Origin: Patescibacteria group bacterium
Lineage (GTDB): Bacteria > Patescibacteriota > Dojkabacteria > GCA-002793355
Reading direction: 5' to 3'
DNA: 64,000 bases
NCBI GenBank assembly: GCA_016860985.1
Contig: BOKM01000001.1
Span: 984,040-1,048,039, forward strand
Shown in pieces: positions 49,422 through 58,193 of the stretch. How positions within the stretch are numbered: position 1 is the first letter of the stretch; every line of letters begins with the position of its first letter. A program made the translations under genes and the position numbers. The notes under the pieces were generated by a model. That model searched no databases. It saw nothing but the letters and a program-made list of their open reading frames with translations, and was not told the origin of the DNA.

Positions 49422-50072
49422 TAAGGTTATAAGTTCTTCAAGTTTCTCAATTTTTTGATCAAAGCCTTCTTGGTTGTAACTTTCGTCTATGAATTCAGCA
49501 GAAGCAACAGTATAAATACCGGCCGATTTTGCTGCTCTAATTCCCCTATTCGAATCTTCTACTGCGATTACCTGTTCAGGTGCTAACCCCATTAGTTTTA
49601 CGAGATAATTATATCCATCTGGAGCTGGTTTTGGATGTAAATTTGGCATATCAGCAACAGAGAGAGTGTGTTCGAAATACTTTTGCTGCGGTAGTCGCTT
49701 TAGCAACAACTCAATCCACGGGGAAATTGAAGAGGTAACAATCGCAAGTCGTAAGCCTTTTTGTTGAAGTTTCGTAAGCACCTGTGAAAGATTTTGTGCT
49801 AATGCAGCTTTTGAATAGACTCTCTCTGCGTATGTGTCATATTGCGCTACATATTCTTCTAATGTCATGTGCAGTAAACCTGCATCAGTTAGGATTTTGT
49901 GCTCTTCTGACATCGATATCCCGTAGATTGTTCCCATGAGCTTGTCTGGAAGTTTGGTAATACCACAATCCGCCCAAAAATCGTCAGAATATGTTCTCCA
50001 AATTCTTTCTGAATCGAGCAAAACGCCATCCATGTCAAAAAGAACGGCTTTAATTTGTGACGGAAAAGTCAT
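49413..50072 (-). CDS. HAD family phosphatase
   Basis: FDMDGVLLDSE, KPAPD and EDS motifs. Confidence 0.9.
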   Translation of the reverse strand: MTFPSQIKAVLFDMDGVLLDSERIWRTYSDDFWADCGITKLPDKLMGTIYGISMSEEHKILTDAGLLHMTLEEYVAQYDTYAERVYSKAALAQNLSQVLTKLQQKGLRLAIVTSSISPWIELLLKRLPQQKYFEHTLSVADMPNLHPKPAPDGYNYLVKLMGLAPEQVIAVEDSNRGIRAAKSAGIYTVASAEFIDESYNQEGFDQKIEKLEELITLLG

Positions 50073-50116
50073 GAGGTATAGTAGTTGAGACTGTGTAATA
50101 ATGTCAAGAAAAAAGG

Positions 50117-50135
50117 AAAATCGGGGCGGCGGGAC
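50117..50135 (+). repeat. Distal att of island 2 (19-bp AAAATCGGGGCGGCGGGAC)
   Basis: Identical to 53553-53571, which overlaps the tRNA-Pro 3' end. Confidence 0.9.
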
Positions 50136-50321
50136 GCGTTACGAACTTTTTTCCAAAGTATTGCAGTTTGTTTCCGAGCTACAAAATCGTTGGAAATTCC
50201 TTGCTTATTACTCAAATGTTAATTTAAACTTGTAATTATTATGATGTATAAAAGAGGAAAAGGAAAGAGTGTTTATTCAATTATAGACTGCAATTAAAAC
50301 TATTATGATAAGAAAGTTTCG

Positions 50322-52037
50322 TTAATCATCAGATTTAATTCCAATATATTTTTTAACAGTTGCAATTATATTATCGAATATTGAAGTTAGTTTTGTTTTT
50401 GCTTGGTCTGTTAATCGAGAGGTGTGCATAACGGAATTTCTTAGTGGTTTGTATGATTTGTCTTCATCTTTGAGTATTTTATCATTAATTATTTTAGCAA
50501 GATCTATATAATCTAAGTACATTAAAATATTATCCTCTTCACTTCTTACCTGTATAGATGTGCCAGCTTCAAATTTTTGTTTTTGTAAGCTATTTTTTCC
50601 TCTCGTACCTTTACAGAATTCACACAATGAGATGTTTCCATTTGCAGGATCATATCTATCTTCGCATGTTTTCCCTTTTGGGTCAGTTTTGCAACACGAC
50701 TCAGGAGAAAGGCTGTTTTTCTCAATATGCTTTCGCAATAAATTCTCGGAAATAAAACATTCCGCATAGGATGTAAAATTATACTGTGCATCATCACCTA
50801 ACTCATTAATCCAATTATCAATTTGATTCTTGTTGGCTGAATCTTGTTCAGGAGTATAATCCCTTGATACTGCATTAAAGAGTTCTCTAGACTTCCTCTC
50901 TTTTTTCGGAATGTCCTCATTCTCAGGATCTCCATCTTCACGATTCTCTTGCCTCCATTTATCCCAATATTCGATAACCTTTACTAGAACATTGCTCTTT
51001 AAATGTTCTAAAAACTCCTTATATTTGGGATCATCAGCTACGATACCTTCTCTACTACTTGTAAATCTATCAATATTGTCTGCATCTAACTCATCATAAT
51101 GAATTTGTCCATAAAGATAGCTCTCAGCAATTCTTGCAGAGGGCATATGTTTTAAAATGTCTTTTTCTCTTAGTCTCCCATTTACGAAAAGATCTACGCT
51201 AACGCGTTCATCTGTATTAATTACCTTCAAGTCTCTCGGTTTTTCAACAGAAGCGATAAACCCCTTATAACTACCATCCTGCAATGATAAAGTAGTACTG
51301 TTTTTTATCTTTGTCAGTTTTTCCTTATATGGATCATCTTGAGTATTTATTTCCCACAGAAATTCAGTTTTAGTTGCTAATTCATTTAGATGTTCTTGAG
51401 TAATCTTTTCATCGTTTAGAAATATATTAAAAGAACTGTCTAAAAGGGAAAACCGAAAATAAAGTGCAATCATCTTTTTTAAGTAGTCAAGTGTGTTTCT
51501 TACTCCGTCATTAAAATCTTCAAAATGAATAATAGTTCCATGTTCATGATTCTCGATATATTTAGAGAAACTTTCTTTGCTAAATGTTTCGAGTTTATAT
51601 TCCTCTGGAGTTAAGTCATTTGTGATAGCCTTATCAAGACCAGAATTATCAATTACACCTCCTATATATTCTGCGTCCTTGGTCTTGGACAGAATACTAA
51701 TTTTCTTTGCACACGATAATAATGCAAGCTTTCCTATTCCTTTACGTCCTATATAAGGACGATTTTTAGAAGACTCGTTATCTCCATTTTTTCTTTTTGA
51801 ATATCCAATTTTTAAAAATTTGTTCTGAAAGTCATCACTTGTCATTCCTATGCCATCATCTTTAATAACAAAGCTATTATTGTCTTTATCAATATAAATC
51901 CATACATTCTCTGCATCAGCATCCCATGAGTTTGAAATAGCCTCTCCAAGAACAGTTACAAAACTACGATATAGATTTCTACCAAGATGGTTCAAAACAC
52001 TTAATGAAATATTGAAAGTAAAATTATTTTTTTCCAT
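50322..52037 (-). CDS. MORC-like GHKL ATPase fused to a C-terminal HEPN-like domain
   Basis: EAISNSWDA, DDGIGM, GRKGIGK, HGT; ENLLR...YLDYIDL...RNSVMH. Confidence 0.8.
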   Translation of the reverse strand: MEKNNFTFNISLSVLNHLGRNLYRSFVTVLGEAISNSWDADAENVWIYIDKDNNSFVIKDDGIGMTSDDFQNKFLKIGYSKRKNGDNESSKNRPYIGRKGIGKLALLSCAKKISILSKTKDAEYIGGVIDNSGLDKAITNDLTPEEYKLETFSKESFSKYIENHEHGTIIHFEDFNDGVRNTLDYLKKMIALYFRFSLLDSSFNIFLNDEKITQEHLNELATKTEFLWEINTQDDPYKEKLTKIKNSTTLSLQDGSYKGFIASVEKPRDLKVINTDERVSVDLFVNGRLREKDILKHMPSARIAESYLYGQIHYDELDADNIDRFTSSREGIVADDPKYKEFLEHLKSNVLVKVIEYWDKWRQENREDGDPENEDIPKKERKSRELFNAVSRDYTPEQDSANKNQIDNWINELGDDAQYNFTSYAECFISENLLRKHIEKNSLSPESCCKTDPKGKTCEDRYDPANGNISLCEFCKGTRGKNSLQKQKFEAGTSIQVRSEEDNILMYLDYIDLAKIINDKILKDEDKSYKPLRNSVMHTSRLTDQAKTKLTSIFDNIIATVKKYIGIKSDD

Positions 52038-53073
52038 TTTGTTTCTCAACATGACTAATTATTGCTTCTCCTATAACTGCTCCTAGTTTTGGGGGAACAG
52101 CATTTCCGATGTGTCTACCAATCTTTGAGAAAGATATGTTTTCTCCAAAATCATAATCTTCTGGGAAAGTTTGTAATAATGCGCCCTCACGCAAAGATAA
52201 CCCTCTGTTTTGTTCTGGATGTCCAAACCGTCCCGAACCATAATTAAAAAACTGAGTCGTTATTGTAGGCGATATGCTATCCCAAGACATTCGTCCGTAA
52301 ACAGAAGTATATGTTTGACCACTATCTTTCCGATAGCAATTAGGAAGTAATTTGGGGTCCCAGTCTCGCCAAGTTCCGTTAGGGATCGACTGCTTTATCC
52401 GTTCTTTATTTAAATCTGATAAGTTTTTAGATCTATGAACAGGGTCTTTTTCAAATACTTCTCCTGCTTCTATAGCAGGTAGTTTGCGAATAACTTCTGA
52501 AACAGAAACATACTCTCCTCTTTTATGTGTTGTCTGAGGAATATTGATTAAACCGATTTTGGATCCAATTAAAACTAATCTACTTCTATTCTGAGGAATA
52601 CCATAATTGGGGGCGTAGACTACTTTAAAATCAATTTCATAGCCTAAACCTTTAACATCACTTAGAAATTCTTTGAAAACATCAGTCTTAGTTATTCCTC
52701 TGACATTTTCCATCGAAATTATCTGAGGATCTAGTTCTTTTATTGCTCTGACAAAATGTTTTATTAAATCCCATCTCAAATCACGTGTTTTCTTTTTGAC
52801 TTTATATGTATGAGATGAAAAAGGTTGACAGGGAGCGCATCCAACAAGAACTTTTATACTATCTTTACTGTATAATGATTTCATTTTGGAAAAATCATAA
52901 TTAGCAACATCTGCTGATACAAAAGTACACGAATTGTTTGTTTCATATGCATACTGACAAGATTCATCATTATCAAGCCCTGCTAGTACATTTATTCCTG
53001 CCTGTCTAAGACCATAGGTTAAACCTCCTATTCCACAAAATAAATCAATTGCCTCAATTTTATGTTTGTCCAT
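52024..53073 (-). CDS. DNA (cytosine-5)-methyltransferase
   Basis: DLFCGIGG, PCQPFS, ENV, QNRSR and IGNAVPP motifs. Confidence 0.95.
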   Translation of the reverse strand: MDKHKIEAIDLFCGIGGLTYGLRQAGINVLAGLDNDESCQYAYETNNSCTFVSADVANYDFSKMKSLYSKDSIKVLVGCAPCQPFSSHTYKVKKKTRDLRWDLIKHFVRAIKELDPQIISMENVRGITKTDVFKEFLSDVKGLGYEIDFKVVYAPNYGIPQNRSRLVLIGSKIGLINIPQTTHKRGEYVSVSEVIRKLPAIEAGEVFEKDPVHRSKNLSDLNKERIKQSIPNGTWRDWDPKLLPNCYRKDSGQTYTSVYGRMSWDSISPTITTQFFNYGSGRFGHPEQNRGLSLREGALLQTFPEDYDFGENISFSKIGRHIGNAVPPKLGAVIGEAIISHVEKQNGKK

Positions 53074-53116
53074 ACTAACTATATTATCCCAAAATAAAAC
53101 AATATGCCATATTTTT

Positions 53117-53344
53117 TTATTTTCCTATTATTTCCTCTTTTCTATCAATAAGTTGTTTGTCAACCAGGCAATTTGCTGTCTTCATCTGCATATTAATAAA
53201 CGTCCTTGCCATTTTTGCTATCTGTTCAAGCTCCTTATTTGAATACTTCTTCAAATTCTTTAACTTTCCTTGTTTAATCTTTTCCTTAATCCAAAGATAA
53301 ACATCATCTTCATGTACATTATCATCAAATACTTTTTTGCTCAT
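53117..53344 (-). CDS. Small hypothetical island protein
   Basis: 75-aa ORF co-oriented upstream of the methyltransferase. Confidence 0.5.
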   Translation of the reverse strand: MSKKVFDDNVHEDDVYLWIKEKIKQGKLKNLKKYSNKELEQIAKMARTFINMQMKTANCLVDKQLIDRKEEIIGK

Positions 53345-53552
53345 ATAAATGAACTAATAATTTAATGAGCAAATGATACATCTTGATGAACATTTTGTAG
53401 GAGCGACAGGACTTGAACTTTTACGAACTGAAAATATTTAGCTATTGATAAGGCTTTTAACTAGTTCGTAAAAAACAGGATATAAATCGTTCTACTTTAA
53501 TGCACATCATGATAACGCTGAGTTATCAGTACTTTCTGGAGTTTTACTTTCA

Positions 53553-53571
53553 AAAATCGGGGCGGCGGGAC
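53553..53571 (+). repeat. tRNA-proximal att of island 2
   Basis: Identical to 50117-50135. Confidence 0.9.
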
Positions 53572-53630
53572 TCGAACTCGCGACCTCACGGTCCCAAACC
53601 GTGCGTTCTAGCCAACTGAACTACGCCCCG
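53557..53630 (-). tRNA. tRNA-Pro(TGG)
   Basis: CGGGGCG/CGCCCCG acceptor, CACGG-TTTGGGA-CCGTG arm. Confidence 0.95.
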
Positions 53631-53646
53631 ATTGCGGAGAAAATAT

Positions 53647-53729
53647 TGCCGGGAAGAGGAGTCGAACCTCCACACCATTACTGGCACTACCACCTCAAGG
53701 TAGCGTGTCTGCCATTCCACCACCCCGGC
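53647..53729 (-). tRNA. tRNA-Leu(GAG)
   Basis: GCCGGGG/TCCCGGC acceptor, CTACC-TTGAGGT-GGTAG arm, long variable arm. Confidence 0.93.
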
Positions 53730-53773
53730 AATGTTACGTAATTATACAAAAAGGAGTGCCCGATAGCAAGCAA

Positions 53774-55612
53774 CTACGTTCTCATAAACTGTCTGTCGAC
53801 TTCTTCCTTGCTTAATCGCCACACAACTCTTCTGCCGTGGGGGCAGGCATATGGAATATGACAAGAGAGTAAGTCTTTCATTATTGATCGTGCTTCGAGT
53901 GTAGATATTCTTTCATTCATTCGTACTGAGTTGTGGCACGCCATTGTTGCGATTATGTGAGATATGCTCTTTTCAGAGGTAAAGTCTCCAATAACAGGAG
54001 AAAGGAATAAGTCATCATGCTCTACTAGCTCGCGTACAGTGTCCCCCAGTAGCCCTTCAATGTTTGCCTTTTGTAAATAGGTTGGAACACCAGATACAAC
54101 AAGTTGCGAATCTACAATCGATATATTGAAGCCAAGCCGTTGAAATATATCTATGTGCTTTTTACATACGACCAATTCTTCCTGAGTTAACGGTATTGCT
54201 AATGGTACTAATAAGTTTTGCTGCTCAAGGGTCCCCTCTCCGAGGTAAACAGCTTTGAATCGTTCGTAGCGAATACGTTCTGCCGCAGCGTGTTGGTCAA
54301 CTACCCATACTTCATCCAAGAATCCCACAACAATATAACGACCTAGTATTGGTTGGATATCAGCATCAGAAAGTGAAAGTGTTGCCTGCGACAATACATA
54401 CTCTGGTATCTTTTCAGAAGAGGTCACTTCTTCTGGTGAGTAAGTTGAGTCACTAGATTCGTTCTGAACCGTGGAGTTGTCGTAAAAGAACTGTGGTTGT
54501 GATCCACGCAAACGAGAATAGGCGGAGGCTTCTTTCTTTTCCCACATTGGAAGTGAGTTTTGAGTATATGTTGGAGCAGCCGAATGTGAGGTTGGTTGAG
54601 CCACCTGACGGTCAGTTGCGGCTACTTGGGCTTGTAGTGCACCAGATACAGCATGAGTGACTGCTGCATACACTCTGAACGGATTAATCATTTTTATCTC
54701 GGTCTTACGTGGATGTACATTTACATCAATTTGATCTTGTGGCAGTTGAATCGAAAGGATATAAGATGGCTTGTAAAAATCTGGTACAAATCCAGATAAC
54801 CCTTGAGAAACCGACTTAAAAACGCCTTTATCCTCAATTGAACGAGCGTTAACATAAAGTTGAGAGAACTTAGAAGTTCCAGACATAGCTTTAGGATGGA
54901 GAATATAACCAGTGATTTTATGTCCGTATTCTTCGTGACTAACGTGAACTAAATCAGTGCTTTGAAGTGTGTATATCTTCTGAACTCTGTCTTTCGGCAG
55001 TAAAAGTTCTGCACTCTGAGGAAAATTGTAAATTTCTTTGCCGTTGTTATGTAGTACAAAATGAATGCCACCGTTCAATAATGAAAAAGAAGTAAAAATC
55101 TTTAGGAGGTACTTGTACTCTGTGTCGGGTGATTTCATAAATTTTTGCCGTGCAGGAACGTTCGAAAACAAGTCCTCAACTGTCACCGTAGTTCCAGCTC
55201 CTCTTGCTGCTGGAGTCATGTGCGAAAGTGTTCCAAAGGTAGAGGTTAACTGCCAGATTTCATCATCTCGTTTTGAGGTAATAGTTACTTTGCTTACGGC
55301 TGCAATAGCTGCAAGAGCTTCTCCTCTAAATCCATAGGTCGCGATTGACTCCAATTCTTCTGTAGAGGTCAATTTACTAGTTGCATAGCGCTCGAAAGCA
55401 GCGGGCAAATTTTCTTTGCTTATCCCTTTTCCGTTATCCCGAACTTCAATTTTTGAAAGTCCCCCTTCTTCAATAAACACTTCAATATGAGTTGCCCCAG
55501 AATCGATTGCGTTTTCGAGTATTTCCTTTAATGCAGATGCTGGTCTTTCAACTACTTCACCAGCTGCAATCTGATTGATAACCTTTTGGTCAAGTTTCTT
55601 AATTTCTATCAT
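53774..55612 (-). CDS. mutL: DNA mismatch repair endonuclease MutL
   Basis: IAAGEVVERP, GFRGEAL, DVNVHP, DQHAAAER and CPHGR motifs. Confidence 0.97.
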   Translation of the reverse strand: MIEIKKLDQKVINQIAAGEVVERPASALKEILENAIDSGATHIEVFIEEGGLSKIEVRDNGKGISKENLPAAFERYATSKLTSTEELESIATYGFRGEALAAIAAVSKVTITSKRDDEIWQLTSTFGTLSHMTPAARGAGTTVTVEDLFSNVPARQKFMKSPDTEYKYLLKIFTSFSLLNGGIHFVLHNNGKEIYNFPQSAELLLPKDRVQKIYTLQSTDLVHVSHEEYGHKITGYILHPKAMSGTSKFSQLYVNARSIEDKGVFKSVSQGLSGFVPDFYKPSYILSIQLPQDQIDVNVHPRKTEIKMINPFRVYAAVTHAVSGALQAQVAATDRQVAQPTSHSAAPTYTQNSLPMWEKKEASAYSRLRGSQPQFFYDNSTVQNESSDSTYSPEEVTSSEKIPEYVLSQATLSLSDADIQPILGRYIVVGFLDEVWVVDQHAAAERIRYERFKAVYLGEGTLEQQNLLVPLAIPLTQEELVVCKKHIDIFQRLGFNISIVDSQLVVSGVPTYLQKANIEGLLGDTVRELVEHDDLFLSPVIGDFTSEKSISHIIATMACHNSVRMNERISTLEARSIMKDLLSCHIPYACPHGRRVVWRLSKEEVDRQFMRT

Positions 55613-55642
55613 CACTCTAATTCTACCATGGTAAAATGCGCC

Positions 55643-56728
55643 ATGAGACCTTATTTCCAACAACAATTGTCCTTAACGACCTATTTTGGAAGAAAAAAGC
55701 AGGTATGGCCCTCCACTTGTTCAAGAGAATATTATATTTCTTTTGAAGATGCGTTGTGGGATTTGTTACCACGTTACGGGGTACAGAAGGGTTCAACGCT
55801 ACTGCTTCCCGATTTTTACTGTAACGATGTACTCGATAATATTAGAGCACACGGTTACAACGTTGTACTGTACCGTTTAGATAAACAACTGTTACCCGAT
55901 ATGCAGAGCTTTACGACTCTTATTGCAGAATGCAAACCAAGTGTTGTCATAGATTTCTTTGTTGCAGGCATGCCCTCTGAACGATCTAAAGAACTACAAA
56001 AACAGCTCAATCCTGACACATTATATATTTATGACTTCGTGCATGTTCTCGTTTCGCCTGTTGTTACAGAACTTCTCACACGTCCGAATACATTAATACT
56101 TACGAGTACACGCAAAGTATCACCCTACTTTGGCTCTTTGGTAATCTACAAAGACCATATTCTTGCGAGCGCAAATAAAGTACCTGTAGGTTATACAACG
56201 GTGGCAATATTAAAGTGGCTTGTGTATCTCTTGCTCTTGCGCATTTCAGTTGTTACCTCGATAACTTATTTCGCATTTCTCGCAGATTCGGTGCTCGATT
56301 CTCATGATAATCTGATTGGCGACGCGGTGAATGCTGCACCACTGCCAAAGTTCTTTCTCAATATACATGACCATCTTAACCCCGAAAAGGTGAAAGGAAT
56401 AAGATTGGCTCAATATGAAAGTTATTGGAAAGAACTTCAGAATTGCCCACAAGTTTTGATGCTAGATAGGTCAAAGGAATTTGCACCAGAATTAAGGGGA
56501 TTTCCAATTCTTATTGATAACAAATATCGAGAAAAATTTCTTAATGAATGCAAAAAACTCGGCTATTTTGCCTGGACGATGTTTGAGGACTCCACATGGA
56601 AAAATGATAAAAATTTGGTATTACTCCCGATGGGTGGAGATTTTACCTTAAAAGACATACAGAATATCTCACGAATTGTGCTGAAAGCGTTGACCACGGC
56701 CGTACAATATGATACTATTACCGCATGA
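55643..56728 (+). CDS. DegT/DnrJ-like PLP-dependent aminotransferase-fold protein
   Basis: LLPDFYC, DFVH, STRK (putative PLP Lys), LLP near the C-terminus. Confidence 0.55.
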   Translation: MRPYFQQQLSLTTYFGRKKQVWPSTCSREYYISFEDALWDLLPRYGVQKGSTLLLPDFYCNDVLDNIRAHGYNVVLYRLDKQLLPDMQSFTTLIAECKPSVVIDFFVAGMPSERSKELQKQLNPDTLYIYDFVHVLVSPVVTELLTRPNTLILTSTRKVSPYFGSLVIYKDHILASANKVPVGYTTVAILKWLVYLLLLRISVVTSITYFAFLADSVLDSHDNLIGDAVNAAPLPKFFLNIHDHLNPEKVKGIRLAQYESYWKELQNCPQVLMLDRSKEFAPELRGFPILIDNKYREKFLNECKKLGYFAWTMFEDSTWKNDKNLVLLPMGGDFTLKDIQNISRIVLKALTTAVQYDTITA

Positions 56729-57219
56729 ATACTGAAGTGATGAAAAAAGTCGCAACACAATTTGCTAAGGAATTTCCAGATATGGATGTACGTACCTCAG
56801 TAAGAATCGGTGATACCGTTGTTGCTCATACAAAAATTATTGTTATTAAGAAAGTCCAAAAAACTCTTACAACTGCAGAAAAGCAGGCGATGAAGAAGGC
56901 TCAAGACGCAGGGAAAGTGTTCAACGAAATGGAAAACCTTAAGTCTCAGCCCTTCCGCGGTGTTGTTGTAGCTATGAAAGGTTATGGCAATAATAAAAAG
57001 TTTGTTGTAAGAAAGATTGGTGCAGATAATGTTGGTGTCGAAAAAATCATTCCATTGTTCTCACCTGTACTTGAAAAAATAGAGATCCTTGCAAAAGGTA
57101 GCCCACGACGAGCAAAGTTGTACTACTTGCGAAATCGTGTTGGAAAGAGTGCCTTAAAGGTTAAAGAGAAAAAGACTGTTGCAGTTCCAAAAGATGCATC
57201 AGTTAACCCCGCTGCATAA
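56725..57219 (+). CDS. rplS: 50S ribosomal protein L19 with internal insertion
   Basis: GDTV, VRKIG..GVEK, SP and RRAKLYYLR motifs. Confidence 0.95.
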   Translation: MNTEVMKKVATQFAKEFPDMDVRTSVRIGDTVVAHTKIIVIKKVQKTLTTAEKQAMKKAQDAGKVFNEMENLKSQPFRGVVVAMKGYGNNKKFVVRKIGADNVGVEKIIPLFSPVLEKIEILAKGSPRRAKLYYLRNRVGKSALKVKEKKTVAVPKDASVNPAA

Positions 57220-57819
57220 ATGCAGTATCCAGACTTCTCATTAGAATATGAACTTTTAAAGAGATACTCGATTGTTGCAGGTATTGATGAAGTTGGCAGA
57301 GGTTGTTTGGCAGGCCCCGTTGTTGCTGCAATTAGTGTTGTTACCTCAGAAAATGATTATTATTACCAAAGTGTAAGGGACTCAAAAACGTTATCTGAAA
57401 AACAACGAAACTCACTCTCACAGATATTAAAAGGGAAACTAACAGATTACGCTATTGGCACCGCAAGCGCAAAGGAAATTGACCAAATCGGTATCAGAAA
57501 GGCAACTCATAGAGCCATGCTCCGTGCCTATTGGAAACTTTCTGTTGTTCCTCAGGTAATTTTGATGGATGGCGAAAGTGCAACAATTCCAATATTTTCA
57601 AAAACATATCAATATAATTACGGCGATTTGCGTCACTACTCTATTGCTGCAGCGTCAATAATTGCAAAAGTATATAGAGATTCACTTATGCAATCACTAG
57701 AGTTACAGCAGCCTGGATATGGCTTCGATCGGCATAAAGGATATGGCACTAAATATCACTACGAAGCGCTCAAGAAATTAGGCTTAAGCAATTTGCATAG
57801 GCGTACCTTTATACATTAG
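57220..57819 (+). CDS. rnhB: Ribonuclease HII
   Basis: GIDEVGRG, DSK, SIAAASIIAKV and HKGYGT motifs. Confidence 0.95.
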   Translation: MQYPDFSLEYELLKRYSIVAGIDEVGRGCLAGPVVAAISVVTSENDYYYQSVRDSKTLSEKQRNSLSQILKGKLTDYAIGTASAKEIDQIGIRKATHRAMLRAYWKLSVVPQVILMDGESATIPIFSKTYQYNYGDLRHYSIAAASIIAKVYRDSLMQSLELQQPGYGFDRHKGYGTKYHYEALKKLGLSNLHRRTFIH

Positions 57820-57847
57820 TCATTTTCTTGCATTTAAACTTAGTACA

Positions 57848-58186
57848 GTGAAATGTACTGTTTCAGAGACTGGGAAACTTGGTCAAAGAGTGGTTGAATC
57901 ACTTCTTTTAAAAAACGGGTATTGTTGTATTCAGCCAAACGTGAGAAAAGGTAAGTATGAATTCGATATAATCGCAAATAAGGGAGGTACACGGGCCATT
58001 TTCGAAGTACGAACGACCACCAAATCGCGATTACCCTTTGAAATATTCCCCCCTCTTAAGATTCTTACAGTCTTAGCCGGAGCACATCAATACTATCCAA
58101 GTGCAGTAGTTATTTTTGTACACGTTCTATATCAACTACAGAACGTCACAAAAATATCATGGTACTCAAGTCAAGATTTACTTTGA
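57848..58186 (+). CDS. YraN (UPF0102) family protein
   Basis: EFDIIA...FEVR; canonical position after rnhB. Confidence 0.65.
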   Translation: MKCTVSETGKLGQRVVESLLLKNGYCCIQPNVRKGKYEFDIIANKGGTRAIFEVRTTTKSRLPFEIFPPLKILTVLAGAHQYYPSAVVIFVHVLYQLQNVTKISWYSSQDLL

Positions 58187-58193
58187 TGCGAGA

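Larger units (their letters stand above)
50117..53571. mobile_element. Small defence island integrated at tRNA-Pro, no intact integrase
   Basis: 19-bp direct repeats; AT-rich; methyltransferase plus ATPase cargo. Confidence 0.85.

Noticed and set aside
53774-55612. mutL as part of the methylase-MORC island
   Set aside because: It lies beyond the att and two tRNAs and is a canonical host MutL
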